From Pseudomonadota bacterium (GTDB lineage Bacteria; Myxococcota; JACRCW01; JAFGSX01), in assembly GCA_043821645.1 (NCBI GenBank), contig JBDRCO010000068.1, positions 224,001 to 288,000 of the forward strand: a stretch of DNA of 64,000 nt. The letters are read 5' to 3'. Position numbers and translations under genes: made by a program. The notes beneath the pieces are model-generated. The model saw nothing but the letters and a program-made list of their open reading frames with translations, was not told the origin of the DNA and did no database searches. Positions 38,962-49,098 of the stretch are shown here, in pieces. Position 1 is the stretch's first letter, and every line of letters begins with the position of its first letter.

Positions 38962-39963
38962 ATGGACGACGACAAGCCCAAGAAAGCACCGCCCGGCAAC
39001 CCGGGTACCCTGCCCCGCGGCGTCGACCTGGGTCTGGACAAGGTCGCGCGGCGCGAGGAGCGCAAGCTTCGCAGGGCCCGTGCCCTGGTCGAGGACAGCG
39101 CCGACGCCTTCGAGCACAAGCCCGATCGCAGCGAGACAGCGGTCGAGGACGAGATCGATCGCCAGGCTGGCCGTGCCCGCAAGAGCTTGCAGGTCACGGG
39201 GCACTCCACGGGTTCGGAGCCACCGGTGGTGAGCCAGCCACAGGGCCTGCCGCTGCGTCCGGCGGACCCTGCCAGCGTCGAGGCCACCCTGCCCGTCCCA
39301 GCCCGGAGCCTGACTGTCCCGCCCGCGGAGAGCGTGCTGCAGGCTGCCCACGAGCGCATGCAGCGCCACGGACGACGCTATGCGGCAGCAGGGCCCTGGT
39401 TTAGCCCGCACCCCAAGATCCTGGGCAACCAGCACCCGGACCACAGGCCAGTGCCCGATACCACGGAGCAGTTCAAGGACGTCTACCTGTGTCTCGATGT
39501 GCTGTACCTGGCAGGCTACGAGGTCCCCCTGGTTCCTGTCGAGGGGTCACCAGGCACGTTCTGGTATCCGACCGGCGCCGAACTGATCGAGCAGGCCCAC
39601 GGCACTCGCCGCACCGTGCACCTGGTAGGCCAGCAAAAGCTCCAGGGCGTACCACACAAGCAGCGCAGACTGCGCGTGCACAAGGCGGTGCGGGAAGCCC
39701 AGACCGGTGACCTGGTGGTGGGCCTGTACCGGTCCGAGGACCGCTCGCCCTACGGCATGGTGTGGCTGGTGCTCGAAAACCGCCTGGCCGAGGAGTCCGG
39801 ACTCGAGGCCCTCAGCTGCGACGACAGCGGAGCCATCATCGCACTGTACCCGGTCGATCACTTCATCTACGCCGAGCATGTGCAGGTGCTGAGGCCTGTC
39901 CGTGCCCTGGGCGGTGACATGGGGATCGACGATCTGGCGCCACCACCGAAGCTGTACAGCTGA
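38962..39963 (+). CDS. Hypothetical protein with a possible degenerate NlpC/P60-like C-terminal domain
   Basis: Long ORF with typical codon usage and the pattern DVLYLAGYEVP...YPT...GDLVV...GMVWLV. Confidence 0.65.
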   Translation: MDDDKPKKAPPGNPGTLPRGVDLGLDKVARREERKLRRARALVEDSADAFEHKPDRSETAVEDEIDRQAGRARKSLQVTGHSTGSEPPVVSQPQGLPLRPADPASVEATLPVPARSLTVPPAESVLQAAHERMQRHGRRYAAAGPWFSPHPKILGNQHPDHRPVPDTTEQFKDVYLCLDVLYLAGYEVPLVPVEGSPGTFWYPTGAELIEQAHGTRRTVHLVGQQKLQGVPHKQRRLRVHKAVREAQTGDLVVGLYRSEDRSPYGMVWLVLENRLAEESGLEALSCDDSGAIIALYPVDHFIYAEHVQVLRPVRALGGDMGIDDLAPPPKLYS

Positions 39964-40015
39964 TCGGACGGCACGGACCTTGTGGTAGACTGAGGTCCCG
40001 AGATCGAGGGTCGAC

Positions 40016-41194
40016 ATGCCCCGCATCCGCCGTCACATCCAGCGCCAAAACCCCTTCGCCGCCAGTCGCGAGGCCGACCGCCGCGGCCGCGCCGAAAAGC
40101 AGCGAGATCCAGCACGAACGCGCTTCTTCGCCGAGCGCGAGGTCCTCGAGCGCGATGGCAGCTTCCCCTTCGGCGAGGGTTACCTCTACGGCGACGCTGG
40201 ACCTTCGGTGCGCGACCCGAGCTGGCAGCCAGGAATCGGGACGCCCGGCACCATCAGCGCCGCGGGCCACCGCGGGACCAAGCCCCAGCAACAAGATGCC
40301 TGGGGCTCGCTGCGGCTTCGCGTCGGCAAGGACGACGCCGCAGTTCTTGTGGTCGCCGATGGCGTCAGCGCCTCGGGACCTCGCGCAGCCCGGGCTGCGA
40401 AGACGGCGGTGAGGGTGTTCCTGCGCGAACTGGAGCAGGCTCTGGCTCGGGTGCCAACGAACGAGGCTCGACGCCATGCCACCGTCGAGAAGGCCATGAG
40501 CCACGCGGCCTTCTTCGCCAATTTCGAGGTCGTGCGACAGGTGCTTCTGGATCGCGATGGGAGCGGGCGCTTTGATTCCGGGGACAGGCGTGCGTTGCGC
40601 CGTGACACAGGCGTGGACCTCAAGGCTGGTACGCTGACCGTGGCCGAGATGCGCAGGATCGCACCCCAGCTAGACAAGGTCATTGCCGACGAGGACGAGG
40701 CCGGTCGATCCGCCCTGGCGACCTTCGCGGTGGCAGTGGCGGTGGACAACGACCTGTACACCTTTGCCACGGGCGACGCGGTCGTTAGCCTCTATCGACC
40801 AGGGGAGATCGAGCAGCAGCGTGTCATCCAGCTGACCCATCGCGATCAGGCAGTGGTCGAGCTGTATACCTCGGGTGAGGAGACGCGCGGTCAGGCCGAC
40901 CTGTACGAGAACGTCATCACGGACAGCCTCGGGGATTCCGCCCAGCTTGCGGGCACACTGCGCCGCTATCCCAATCTGCTCGAACCCGGGGATCGCGTGA
41001 TCGCGGCCAGTGATGGACTGGGTCCGCGCGGTCCGCATCAGGGCCTGGACCGGCACGAGATCGAGGCGGCGCTCGAGGCTGCCGAGCCCGAGCACGCTGC
41101 CCGGAACCTTGTCCGAGGTCAGATCGAGGACGTCGACGCCGACACCTACCAGGACAACATCGGCGTGGTCGTGCTCACCATCGATCCCCGTTGA
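40016..41194 (+). CDS. PP2C/PPM-family phosphatase with insertions
   Basis: QQDA, VVADGVS, TGDA, SDGL and QDNIGVVV. Confidence 0.8.
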   Translation: MPRIRRHIQRQNPFAASREADRRGRAEKQRDPARTRFFAEREVLERDGSFPFGEGYLYGDAGPSVRDPSWQPGIGTPGTISAAGHRGTKPQQQDAWGSLRLRVGKDDAAVLVVADGVSASGPRAARAAKTAVRVFLRELEQALARVPTNEARRHATVEKAMSHAAFFANFEVVRQVLLDRDGSGRFDSGDRRALRRDTGVDLKAGTLTVAEMRRIAPQLDKVIADEDEAGRSALATFAVAVAVDNDLYTFATGDAVVSLYRPGEIEQQRVIQLTHRDQAVVELYTSGEETRGQADLYENVITDSLGDSAQLAGTLRRYPNLLEPGDRVIAASDGLGPRGPHQGLDRHEIEAALEAAEPEHAARNLVRGQIEDVDADTYQDNIGVVVLTIDPR

Positions 41195-41218
41195 TCAACC
41201 AGCGCGCCCATCAGCAGC

Positions 41219-42937
41219 CTACCCGGACAAGGTCGAGGACTCGTGGCGTGCTCCCGCGCCCAGTGGGGTGCCACGACGCAGCACTCTCACCCCCTCGACC
41301 AGCAAGATGACCGCGAGCACCAGCAGCCCGGCAGAGATCACACCGATCAGGCTCGGACCGTGGCGCCACACCAGCTGCACCACCGCCACCAGGGTGATGG
41401 CGAACATGGCCACCATGGGCAGCACCACATACCAGCGCGGCTTGCCAAGGTGCGTCAGCCACACCGTGACGACGAGCAGGGCCAGGGCCGCCAGCAACTG
41501 GTTGGTGGCACCGAACACCGGCCAGATCGCCTTCCACGAGGGCACCAGCGCTCCCGAGGCATCCCGCAGCTGGACCAGGGACAGGGCCAGGGGGAAGGCC
41601 ACGGTGACCAGGGTGGCTCCCACGCGCAGTGTCCCGGGACGAATCGCGATCAGACCGTCACAGAATTCCTCGAGCACATAGCGCCCGAGACGGGTCGCCG
41701 TGTCGAGGGTGGTGAGCAAGAAGGTCGACACCGCGAGCAGGCCGAACACGGTGCCGGCTGCCACAGGAATACCGAGGGCCGCGCTGAAGCGTCCGATGCC
41801 AGCGGCAAAGGCCAGGGTCGGTGACGTGAGGGCGGGATCGTCGGGCATGGCCGTGACCAGGGCCACCACGGCGATGGTGGCCAGCACGCCCTCGACGATC
41901 ATCGCACCGTACGCAATCGGCACTGCGTCCGTCTCACAGCGCAGCTGCTTGGCCGTGGTGCCCGAGGCAACGATGGAGTGAAAACCCGAGCACGCCCCAC
42001 AGGCGATGTTGATGAACAGCGCCGGGAACAGCAGGCCCAGGGCCGCGTCATCGAAGCCACGGTAGGCTGGGAAGTGCACCTCCAGGTGACCCGCCCCCAC
42101 CATCACGCCAGCCACGCCCGCCGCCACGCAGGCGTAGAGCAAGAACGACGACAGGTAGTCCCGCGGCTGCAGCAACAGCCACACCGGCAGGGTCGAGGCT
42201 GCGACACAGTACAAGCACAGGATCACGTTCCAGGTCGTTCCTGGATCTCCCCGGAGCAGAGCGGGCATGGAGCTCGCCTGCAGCGGCAGCGCGACGCCCA
42301 CCGCGATGGCGGCGAACACCAGGGGGACAAACACCAGGGTCGCCCACAGCGTCCGGATCTGGAACCGATACAGCAGCACGCCAAGCAGCAGGGCCAGGCC
42401 GATGTAGATCAGCGAGGCGGTGGCCACGGCCCCGCCCTCGACCTCGCGCCCTGAGCCGAGGGGGACGTTCTTGACGAAGGTCGACGAGGTCAGGTCCACG
42501 AACACGGTCAGCACGTAAGCCAGGGCCAACCAGATGAAGATCAGAAACAGCCGGTGCGACAGCGGACTCATGCGCTCGCGGGCGATCTCGGCGACGCTGC
42601 GCGCACGGTGCCGGATCGACGCGACCAGCGAGGTCAGGTCGTGCACGCCGCCGACGAAGATGGAGCCAATGACGATCCAGATCAGGGCCGGCAGCCATCC
42701 AAAGGCCTTGGCCGCGACGATGGGACCGACGATGGGACCAGCGCCGGCGATGGACGAGAAGTGGTGGCCGAGCAAGACGGACTTGGGGGCGGGCACGAAG
42801 TCCACACCATCGGCCAGGGTCACCGCTGGGGTGGGATGCGAATCGTCGAGCTCGAGCTGACGACGGAGGAAACGGCCATAGAAAATGTAGCCAAGGATCA
42901 GCGGCAGCAATGCGCCGACGAAGATCAGCAGGACCAC
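41219..42937 (-). CDS. cstA: Carbon starvation CstA-family transporter
   Basis: DGVDFVP, GHHFSSIAGAGPIVGP, LLQPRDYL, IACGACSGFHS, TTLDTATRLGRY and WPVFGATNQLLA. Confidence 0.95.
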   Translation of the reverse strand: MVLLIFVGALLPLILGYIFYGRFLRRQLELDDSHPTPAVTLADGVDFVPAPKSVLLGHHFSSIAGAGPIVGPIVAAKAFGWLPALIWIVIGSIFVGGVHDLTSLVASIRHRARSVAEIARERMSPLSHRLFLIFIWLALAYVLTVFVDLTSSTFVKNVPLGSGREVEGGAVATASLIYIGLALLLGVLLYRFQIRTLWATLVFVPLVFAAIAVGVALPLQASSMPALLRGDPGTTWNVILCLYCVAASTLPVWLLLQPRDYLSSFLLYACVAAGVAGVMVGAGHLEVHFPAYRGFDDAALGLLFPALFINIACGACSGFHSIVASGTTAKQLRCETDAVPIAYGAMIVEGVLATIAVVALVTAMPDDPALTSPTLAFAAGIGRFSAALGIPVAAGTVFGLLAVSTFLLTTLDTATRLGRYVLEEFCDGLIAIRPGTLRVGATLVTVAFPLALSLVQLRDASGALVPSWKAIWPVFGATNQLLAALALLVVTVWLTHLGKPRWYVVLPMVAMFAITLVAVVQLVWRHGPSLIGVISAGLLVLAVILLVEGVRVLRRGTPLGAGARHESSTLSG

Positions 42938-42949
42938 GTCCCAGTCTCC

Positions 42950-43993
42950 TCAGCAGTAGCGAAAGGTACTGCCCCGCACCATGAAGATCTCGACGCTGGC
43001 CAGGGTCTTTGGAGGTGTCGAGCTGAGGTACCCATTCCACAGCAGGCGGGCCACCGGGGACACCGGAGGTGCGGGACGTACGCCGGCGAGATACTCGCGG
43101 GCGGCCATCTCGTCGGGCTTGCGCATGAGCGCGGTCTGCACGCTGCTGTCATCGGCCCCCTTGTTGGGATCGAACAGACCCTGGGGATCGACCAGCATCA
43201 GCTCGCCCTTGACGTCGCGCAGCAGGCTCACCACCCGGCTGAAGTTGGGACCACGCTTGGCCACCGAGGCTTCACGCACCGGCATGTCGACGATGACGAG
43301 GCAGGCTTCTTGCGCGCGCACGTCGTAGAGCTGTCGCGGCGACACCACGTGGCGTGCGGTGTCTCCGATGGTGCGAACCGAATCCCGCAGACCCACGAGC
43401 TGCGCTGTGCGCTCGACCACACCAGCGTCCTTGGGGCCTGTGGCGGCGCCGCACAGTTCGACCAGCTGGCGCAGGTTGTCGATGGAGAGTCCGCGTCCCC
43501 CCGCGGCGCGGGTGATGCTGTCGATCCGCCGCCGTTGCTCGGCATCCAGGTGGTCGCTCCGCGCCAGGCTCGAGGCCAGCGCACGGATGCCCTTGGACTC
43601 TCCCAGGATGGCCAGGGCAACGGTGGTCTGCGCGGCGGAGACCAGACCTTCGGGGTCGGCGTCACGACGGAATTTCTTCTTCTTGCCCGAATCCTCCGCG
43701 GGTTCCGCGGCGAAGGCGGCCAGGATGGACTTGGCATCCCAGGTCCCATCGCGGCGGTAGCGGGATAGGGCATCCTCACCAGCCACCGGCATGCTCGATG
43801 CCGTGCGCGCGCGCGCAGCCTGGGCGTACGCGTGCACGTTGAGCTCACCGGTGGGGGCCGCCTTGCCGACGGTGGCGATCTTGTCCAGGGCGATGCCACT
43901 CCGTCCCGAGAACGAATTCCATTGCGCCTTGACCGGCGCGGTGTCCCCGAGTCCGTCGGGCTTTGCGGGTGGCGGTTCTGGCTTCTTTGCCAT
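42950..43993 (-). CDS. Hypothetical protein
   Basis: Protein-like portion of the 42950..44686 ORF, beginning MAKKPEP after GGAG; it ends just before cstA. Confidence 0.6.
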   Translation of the reverse strand: MAKKPEPPPAKPDGLGDTAPVKAQWNSFSGRSGIALDKIATVGKAAPTGELNVHAYAQAARARTASSMPVAGEDALSRYRRDGTWDAKSILAAFAAEPAEDSGKKKKFRRDADPEGLVSAAQTTVALAILGESKGIRALASSLARSDHLDAEQRRRIDSITRAAGGRGLSIDNLRQLVELCGAATGPKDAGVVERTAQLVGLRDSVRTIGDTARHVVSPRQLYDVRAQEACLVIVDMPVREASVAKRGPNFSRVVSLLRDVKGELMLVDPQGLFDPNKGADDSSVQTALMRKPDEMAAREYLAGVRPAPPVSPVARLLWNGYLSSTPPKTLASVEIFMVRGSTFRYC

Positions 43994-44124
43994 GCCTGAA
44001 CTCCGTCGAGAGAAGCCGCAGTCTAGCGCGAAACCCACGCTCGGACAACGCAGCGCAGCCCTTTCCCAGTGCCATGGCCAGGCGCCCCGCCGCGAGATAT
44101 CCTGTGGCTGACGACGGGACTGTG

Positions 44125-45174
44125 ATGGAGGAGAAACTGCCAGGGAAAGCACCCGATGCCGACACGACTCGCCTCGCCACCCTGATGGCGATGGTGAAAG
44201 GCCGACGTCAGCGCACCAGCCGTCGTCAGAACAGCGTGGTGGTGCTGCTGACCCTGCTGGTCGCGGTCGTCGAGGCCGGAGCACTTGTCGCCGAGCAGAG
44301 GCGGCACCCCAGGAGGGCCCGCAAGCCCATCGCCGTGGCCCTGGTGTCCACGCCCCAGAATCGCCGACCGCCCACGCCAGAGATCCTGCCTCTGCCTCCC
44401 CGACCTGTTCCCGCGGCCCACCCACCGGCACCAGCAGCTCCAGGAATTCGATCCGGCACGCCACGCAAGCCAGCTCCGAGACCCTCTCCCCGGCCGGCGC
44501 CGACCGGCGATCAGCCCTTGACGGGTCCCGAGCCCGAGAAGCCCGTGCCGACGAACGGCTCCGAGGAGGTGCCCCCGGCTGGTGAGAGCGAGCAGGAACC
44601 TGAACCGGAGCCTCCGATCGAGCCCGAGCCAGCGGTCCCTCCAGCGGGGGGCCGCCGACAGTGCGCCGCAGACGGGCCTGGTGCACCGTTCTCCGTCGAC
44701 ACTGCGCGAGCCTCTACGGTTGGTTCCCGCTTTCCGCTCCTGCTCACAGCGCCGTTCAGGACGCGTCCGTCTCTGGACCCCTACCTGGCCGAGGTCGAGT
44801 ACCTGGGCCGGGTGGGACCGCGCGCCCGCGGCGTGTTCCGCATCGCCCTGCCCGAGCAAGTGATCCGTTTCGAGCTGGACGAGCCTGGCGGGGCGGCGCT
44901 GTACATCGGCCGCACCGATGCGCGCTGTGCCGTGCTCGCAGTGCTCAAGGGGAGACCTGTCACCCTCAAGCTGCGTGGTCTACCCGTGCGGCTGGTCGAC
45001 AGGGCCAGACGTGTGGCCTTGGCCATCGTCGATCTCGAGATGGATCAGGAGGCCAACCTGACCATCGTGCACCGCGCCGGTGATCGCCTCCCCTTCACGC
45101 GCGCTCGTCTGGCCAATGCAGGTGCGATCTCGGCCTCGGTGGGAGGCCACCTCGCCACCTTGCCCGGGCGGTGA
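44125..45174 (+). CDS. Hypothetical membrane-anchored protein with Pro-rich linker
   Basis: A TM segment (VVVLLTLLVAVV), a long Pro/Glu linker and a beta-rich C-terminal domain. Confidence 0.55.
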   Translation: MEEKLPGKAPDADTTRLATLMAMVKGRRQRTSRRQNSVVVLLTLLVAVVEAGALVAEQRRHPRRARKPIAVALVSTPQNRRPPTPEILPLPPRPVPAAHPPAPAAPGIRSGTPRKPAPRPSPRPAPTGDQPLTGPEPEKPVPTNGSEEVPPAGESEQEPEPEPPIEPEPAVPPAGGRRQCAADGPGAPFSVDTARASTVGSRFPLLLTAPFRTRPSLDPYLAEVEYLGRVGPRARGVFRIALPEQVIRFELDEPGGAALYIGRTDARCAVLAVLKGRPVTLKLRGLPVRLVDRARRVALAIVDLEMDQEANLTIVHRAGDRLPFTRARLANAGAISASVGGHLATLPGR

Positions 45175-45249
45175 CAGGACAGAGGTGAGGTGCCGTTGCG
45201 CACCTGACACTGTGGAGCGCGCCGGGGGCGAGAAAGCTCCGCCAGAAGT

Positions 45250-46248
45250 TCAGGCCCAGCGTAGCGCGATCGAACCCCAGTTCCAGCCGGCACCAAAGGC
45301 CGATAGCACCACGATGCTGTCGCGTTGAATCCGGCCCACGCGCACGGCCTCATCGAGGGCCATGGGCACACCCGCCTCGATGGTATTGCCGTACTTCTCG
45401 ATGACCGTGTACGCACGCTCGCGGGGCAAACCCATGGCGTCCATGCCGGCGTGAATCCCGATCAGGTTGGCCTGGTGCGGAATCACGACGTCGACCTGAT
45501 CCAAAGACAGCTCGGCGCGACGAAGAACTTCGTGCACGCTGTCCGGGAAGGCCACGCACACGAAGTCCCAGACCCGGCGGCCGTCCATGATGATGCAATG
45601 CTCGTTGCGTGCCACGCTCTCGGGAGTCAGGGGAGCCACCGAGCCTCCACCGTACACGCCCACCGCGTCGGCGCCGTTACCATCGGATCGCAGGTAGCTG
45701 GCGAGGATGCCGTATCCCGGTTCCACTTCCCGCAGCACGAAGGCTCCGGCACCGTCGGCGAAGATGGCACGTCCGGTACGATCATCAGGTGCCACCTTGG
45801 TGCGTGAACACAGCTCGGCCGCGATCATCAACACGGTACCGGCACTGCCGTCGGCGACGAACTTGGAGGCCATCACGGTGGAGACGATGGACGCTGCGCA
45901 GGCCTGCCGCACGTCGACACAGAAGGCACGCGGGCATCCCAGCTTGACCTGCACGATGTTGGAGGTGGGTGGCGAGTAGTGGTCGCCTGTTCCGATGGCC
46001 ACGATGATGGCGTCGACCTCCGCGGGTTTGACCCCCGCCATATCCAGCGCCTGGCGAGCTGCCGCCACGGCCATGTCCGAGGTCTGCACGTCGGGCGGCG
46101 CGATCCGGCGCTCCACGATGCCGGTGTGGGACCGGATCCAGGCGTCCGTGGTGGGCAGCTCGCGCTCGAGATCCTGGTTCGTGACGATGATGTCGGGCGC
46201 GTAGGAGCCTGTACCGACGATTCCCACGGGTCGCAGGCTGGATGCCAC
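45250..46248 (-). CDS. fabH: 3-oxoacyl-ACP synthase III (FabH family)
   Basis: TGSYAP, WI...TGI.ERR, catalytic Cys in QACA, FADGAGA, PHQAN, YGNT and FGAG. Confidence 0.9.
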   Translation of the reverse strand: MASSLRPVGIVGTGSYAPDIIVTNQDLERELPTTDAWIRSHTGIVERRIAPPDVQTSDMAVAAARQALDMAGVKPAEVDAIIVAIGTGDHYSPPTSNIVQVKLGCPRAFCVDVRQACAASIVSTVMASKFVADGSAGTVLMIAAELCSRTKVAPDDRTGRAIFADGAGAFVLREVEPGYGILASYLRSDGNGADAVGVYGGGSVAPLTPESVARNEHCIIMDGRRVWDFVCVAFPDSVHEVLRRAELSLDQVDVVIPHQANLIGIHAGMDAMGLPRERAYTVIEKYGNTIEAGVPMALDEAVRVGRIQRDSIVVLSAFGAGWNWGSIALRWA

Positions 46249-46443
46249 GAAACCTCCGTCCCCCGCACGCCCCCCGGTGCGCAGAGCGAATATATACCGT
46301 CACTGGCACCTGGCGCACGGTCATCGCCACCGCCTGCGGCAGGATACCCTCGGTGTGCGAGGCGGGCGCAGTGGCCCGGTCGCTCCGGGTGTGGCAGCAT
46401 TTCACCGGTGCGGAGTGTCCCGGGGGCAAGGCAAAAGAAAGAC

Positions 46444-47739
46444 ATGCGCAGCTTCACATGCTCATTGCTCGTGACGATGGCCATGACCACGACGGCCTGC
46501 CCCTGGCTCAACATCTCGAGCGGCGACGCCGGCGAGGATGCCGGGCCAACCGACGCCCTTGCCCAGCTCTGCGAGGGACCGCGCAAGTCGCTGGCGCACT
46601 CGCCCTGGTGGGTCGTCAACGGCACCCGTGAGCCCACCCTGGTGCCGCTGACGAGCGGGCAAAAAAACGCCGTGGTCTCGGTGTGGAATGGCTCGGGCTG
46701 CTCGGGCACGCTCATCGCCCCGCGCGTGGTGCTCACCGCGAAGCACTGCACCAGTGGTCTCGCCGCGCGTGACTTCTCCATCCTTTTTGGCCAGGACGAC
46801 CTGCATCCGCTGCTCTCTGTCGACGTCACCCAGCTCCACCAGCACAGCAGTCGCGACCTCTCGCTGCTGGTACTGGATCGCGACCCCACGCAGCTCATCG
46901 ACGTTGATCCGGTCCCCATTCACGTCGATGCCATGGACCGCACCTGGGTCGGTGAACGCGTGGAGGCTGCGGGCTACGGCTTGACCTCACCCTACGGCAG
47001 CAGCTCCGACGGCCGCTTCTTCGTGGCCGAGCCCGTGTACAACGTCGACAGCGAGTTCCTGTCCATCAACGGCGAGGGCCAGCACGGTGTGTGCTTCGGC
47101 GACTCGGGTGGGCCTGTCATCGGCATCGTCCCTGGCAATGCGGTGCGCGTGCTCGGGGCCCTGAGCTACGGCGACTCATCCTGCACCGGCATCGACAGCT
47201 TCACGCGAGTGGATCCGGTCGCCAGCTGGATCGAGGGCATCGCGGGCAGCACCCCGCCCATCGGTCCCGTGCCCTGCGGCAGCGTCGACGTCGTGGGCCG
47301 CTGCGAGGCTGAACAGGCGCGCGCGGTGTACTGCGGAGGCAGCAGCGAGCTGGTCCGCGACGACTGCAGCAGCAGCGGCCATGTCTGTGGCTGGGACACC
47401 CAGGCCCAGGGCTTTCGCTGCATCGCGAGCGGAACCGACCCCTGCCAGGGCACCGACGCTCTCGGGCATTGCGACGGCAGCACCTCGCTGTGGTGTGTAC
47501 GAGGAGAACTGCGCAGCCTGGACTGCGCGCAGTGCAGCATGCTCTGCACCTGGGTCAACGACAGCATCGGTAACGATTGCGTCGACGACCCGTGTGCGGG
47601 TTTGACCTACCAGGGCCGCTGCCGTGGCGACCTCGCCGAGTGGTGCAACAACGGCACGCCGCAGTCGGTGGACTGTGCGCAGTACGGCCAGACCTGCGGC
47701 TGGGTCAGCGACGAGATCGGTTTCTATTGCATGGACTGA
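46444..47739 (+). CDS. Trypsin-like S1 serine protease lipoprotein with Cys-rich C-terminal repeats
   Basis: CSGTLI, LTAKHC, RDLSLL and CFGDSGGP. Lipobox TTAC and three ~47-aa Cys repeats. Confidence 0.92.
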   Translation: MRSFTCSLLVTMAMTTTACPWLNISSGDAGEDAGPTDALAQLCEGPRKSLAHSPWWVVNGTREPTLVPLTSGQKNAVVSVWNGSGCSGTLIAPRVVLTAKHCTSGLAARDFSILFGQDDLHPLLSVDVTQLHQHSSRDLSLLVLDRDPTQLIDVDPVPIHVDAMDRTWVGERVEAAGYGLTSPYGSSSDGRFFVAEPVYNVDSEFLSINGEGQHGVCFGDSGGPVIGIVPGNAVRVLGALSYGDSSCTGIDSFTRVDPVASWIEGIAGSTPPIGPVPCGSVDVVGRCEAEQARAVYCGGSSELVRDDCSSSGHVCGWDTQAQGFRCIASGTDPCQGTDALGHCDGSTSLWCVRGELRSLDCAQCSMLCTWVNDSIGNDCVDDPCAGLTYQGRCRGDLAEWCNNGTPQSVDCAQYGQTCGWVSDEIGFYCMD

Positions 47740-47825
47740 CCGCGGGCCTGCTCGCCGGCGGGGCCCACCCTGCACATGCTCGGTTCAACCTCGTCTCAGG
47801 AGAAAGCCGGCACCTGCCCCCGGGC

Positions 47826-48446
47826 TCAGTCCCACCAATCGACGACGCAGATCCTGAACACGGGGCAACAGTGAAACCCATCGCAGCACTGGTCATCTGA
47901 CAGCTCGCAGTCGGTGTCCTCGGGCAAGCACGCCCCTGCTGTGTTCGCTGCGCCGGGATCGACGTCCACTCCCGGGTTCCCGGCATCGCCGCCGATCGAA
48001 CTCGTGATCCCTGGCTGCGTTGCCGAGCCGGCGTCCAGCGCTTGGGCAGCCCCAGCATCCCCCGCTTCCCCTTCATCGCCTTGCTGTGGGTTCGACGATG
48101 AAGTGGGCACAACACAACGGTGGTCATCGAGCTGGCACGTGAGCAGTGGTGCGAAGCTCGCACAGTCTGTATCGCTCTCGCACCGGGGCGTCACAGGGTC
48201 GACACAGAGACGCTGTGCCGCGTCGCAGACCTGACTGCGTGGACAGTCTCCCGAACGAATGCAGGGCAATGCGATCATGGTGCACAGACCAGACTGGCAC
48301 TTCAGCCCCTGGCCACAGGTCGTGCTCTCGTCGCAGGGATCGCCCGGCGCAGACTGGACCGCGCAGCCTTGAGCGGCGAGGAGTCCGACAAAGGTGAGAA
48401 AAAATCCAACGCTGCCCCACACCCCTGGTTTCGCTCCTTTGGTCAT
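47826..48446 (-). CDS. Small Cys-rich lipoprotein
   Basis: AGGAGG RBS, lipobox AQGC, repeated C..D.DC....C....C motifs and a C-terminal C...C...CC...CC....C motif. Confidence 0.75.
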   Translation of the reverse strand: MTKGAKPGVWGSVGFFLTFVGLLAAQGCAVQSAPGDPCDESTTCGQGLKCQSGLCTMIALPCIRSGDCPRSQVCDAAQRLCVDPVTPRCESDTDCASFAPLLTCQLDDHRCVVPTSSSNPQQGDEGEAGDAGAAQALDAGSATQPGITSSIGGDAGNPGVDVDPGAANTAGACLPEDTDCELSDDQCCDGFHCCPVFRICVVDWWD

Positions 48447-48712
48447 GCCCCCTCCTGGCATCGCTTCGAGAGGACCACTGTGCCTGTGCGAATGGGGTTT
48501 GCCATCAGGCAAGGGGCGGAGTCAGGAACAGGGGCTGCGGACTGCAGGACGACGGGATCTACGCACAACGCACCAGCGAGAAGACCTTGCGGAACATGCT
48601 GACCTTTCCGGTGGATGGTGTGCAGGCCCGAGCCCAAGCGCCCATCCCGCCAAAAACCGCGGCAGGCAGGTCGGGTTTCCTGTCGCCAGCGCTCCAGGCA
48701 TAGACTCCACCC

Positions 48713-49033
48713 ATGACAGTCAATTTCGGCCCCGTGCGCCCCGACAAGGTGGAGGAACTGCGCCAGCGCATGCTCAGCCTCGGTCTGCGCGAGGAGGACC
48801 TCGACGAGAGCTTCGTGCGCGCCCAGGGCCGTGGCGGTCAGAAGGTCAACAAGACCTCGGTGGCCGTGGTGCTGAAACACCCGCCGTCGGGGATCGTGGT
48901 CAAGGTCCAGCGCGAGCGCTCCCGCGCCATCAACCGCTACCTGGCCCGGCGCACCCTGTGTGAGAAGCTGGAGAAGCTGGCCAGGCAGAAGCGCACATCG
49001 GATCCATCGTCGACAGCGGATGTCAGGAGCTAG
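48713..49033 (+). CDS. Class I release-factor-like GGQ protein (ArfB/YaeJ-like)
   Basis: LDESFVRAQGRGGQKVNKT.VAV.LKH.PSGI.VK.Q.ERS...NR..AR. Confidence 0.85.
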   Translation: MTVNFGPVRPDKVEELRQRMLSLGLREEDLDESFVRAQGRGGQKVNKTSVAVVLKHPPSGIVVKVQRERSRAINRYLARRTLCEKLEKLARQKRTSDPSSTADVRS

Positions 49034-49098
49034 AACAACGCGCCTGCCAGCTCCAGAAGGTGCCGGCCGAGAGCTCGCGATGTGCGCCCGGATCGTGC

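Noticed and set aside
43994-44686. 5' extension of the 42950..44686 ORF (similar extensions at 45979-46443, 28027-28260, 61612-61908 and 26291-26359)
   Set aside because: The extensions overlap other genes or regulatory regions and look non-coding. Internal starts with an RBS or matching family N-termini fit better.
48447-48712. TGGCAAACC on the minus strand, considered as a sigma54 promoter or GEMM riboswitch
   Set aside because: The GG-to-GC spacing is 12, not 10, and the remaining GEMM elements are missing.
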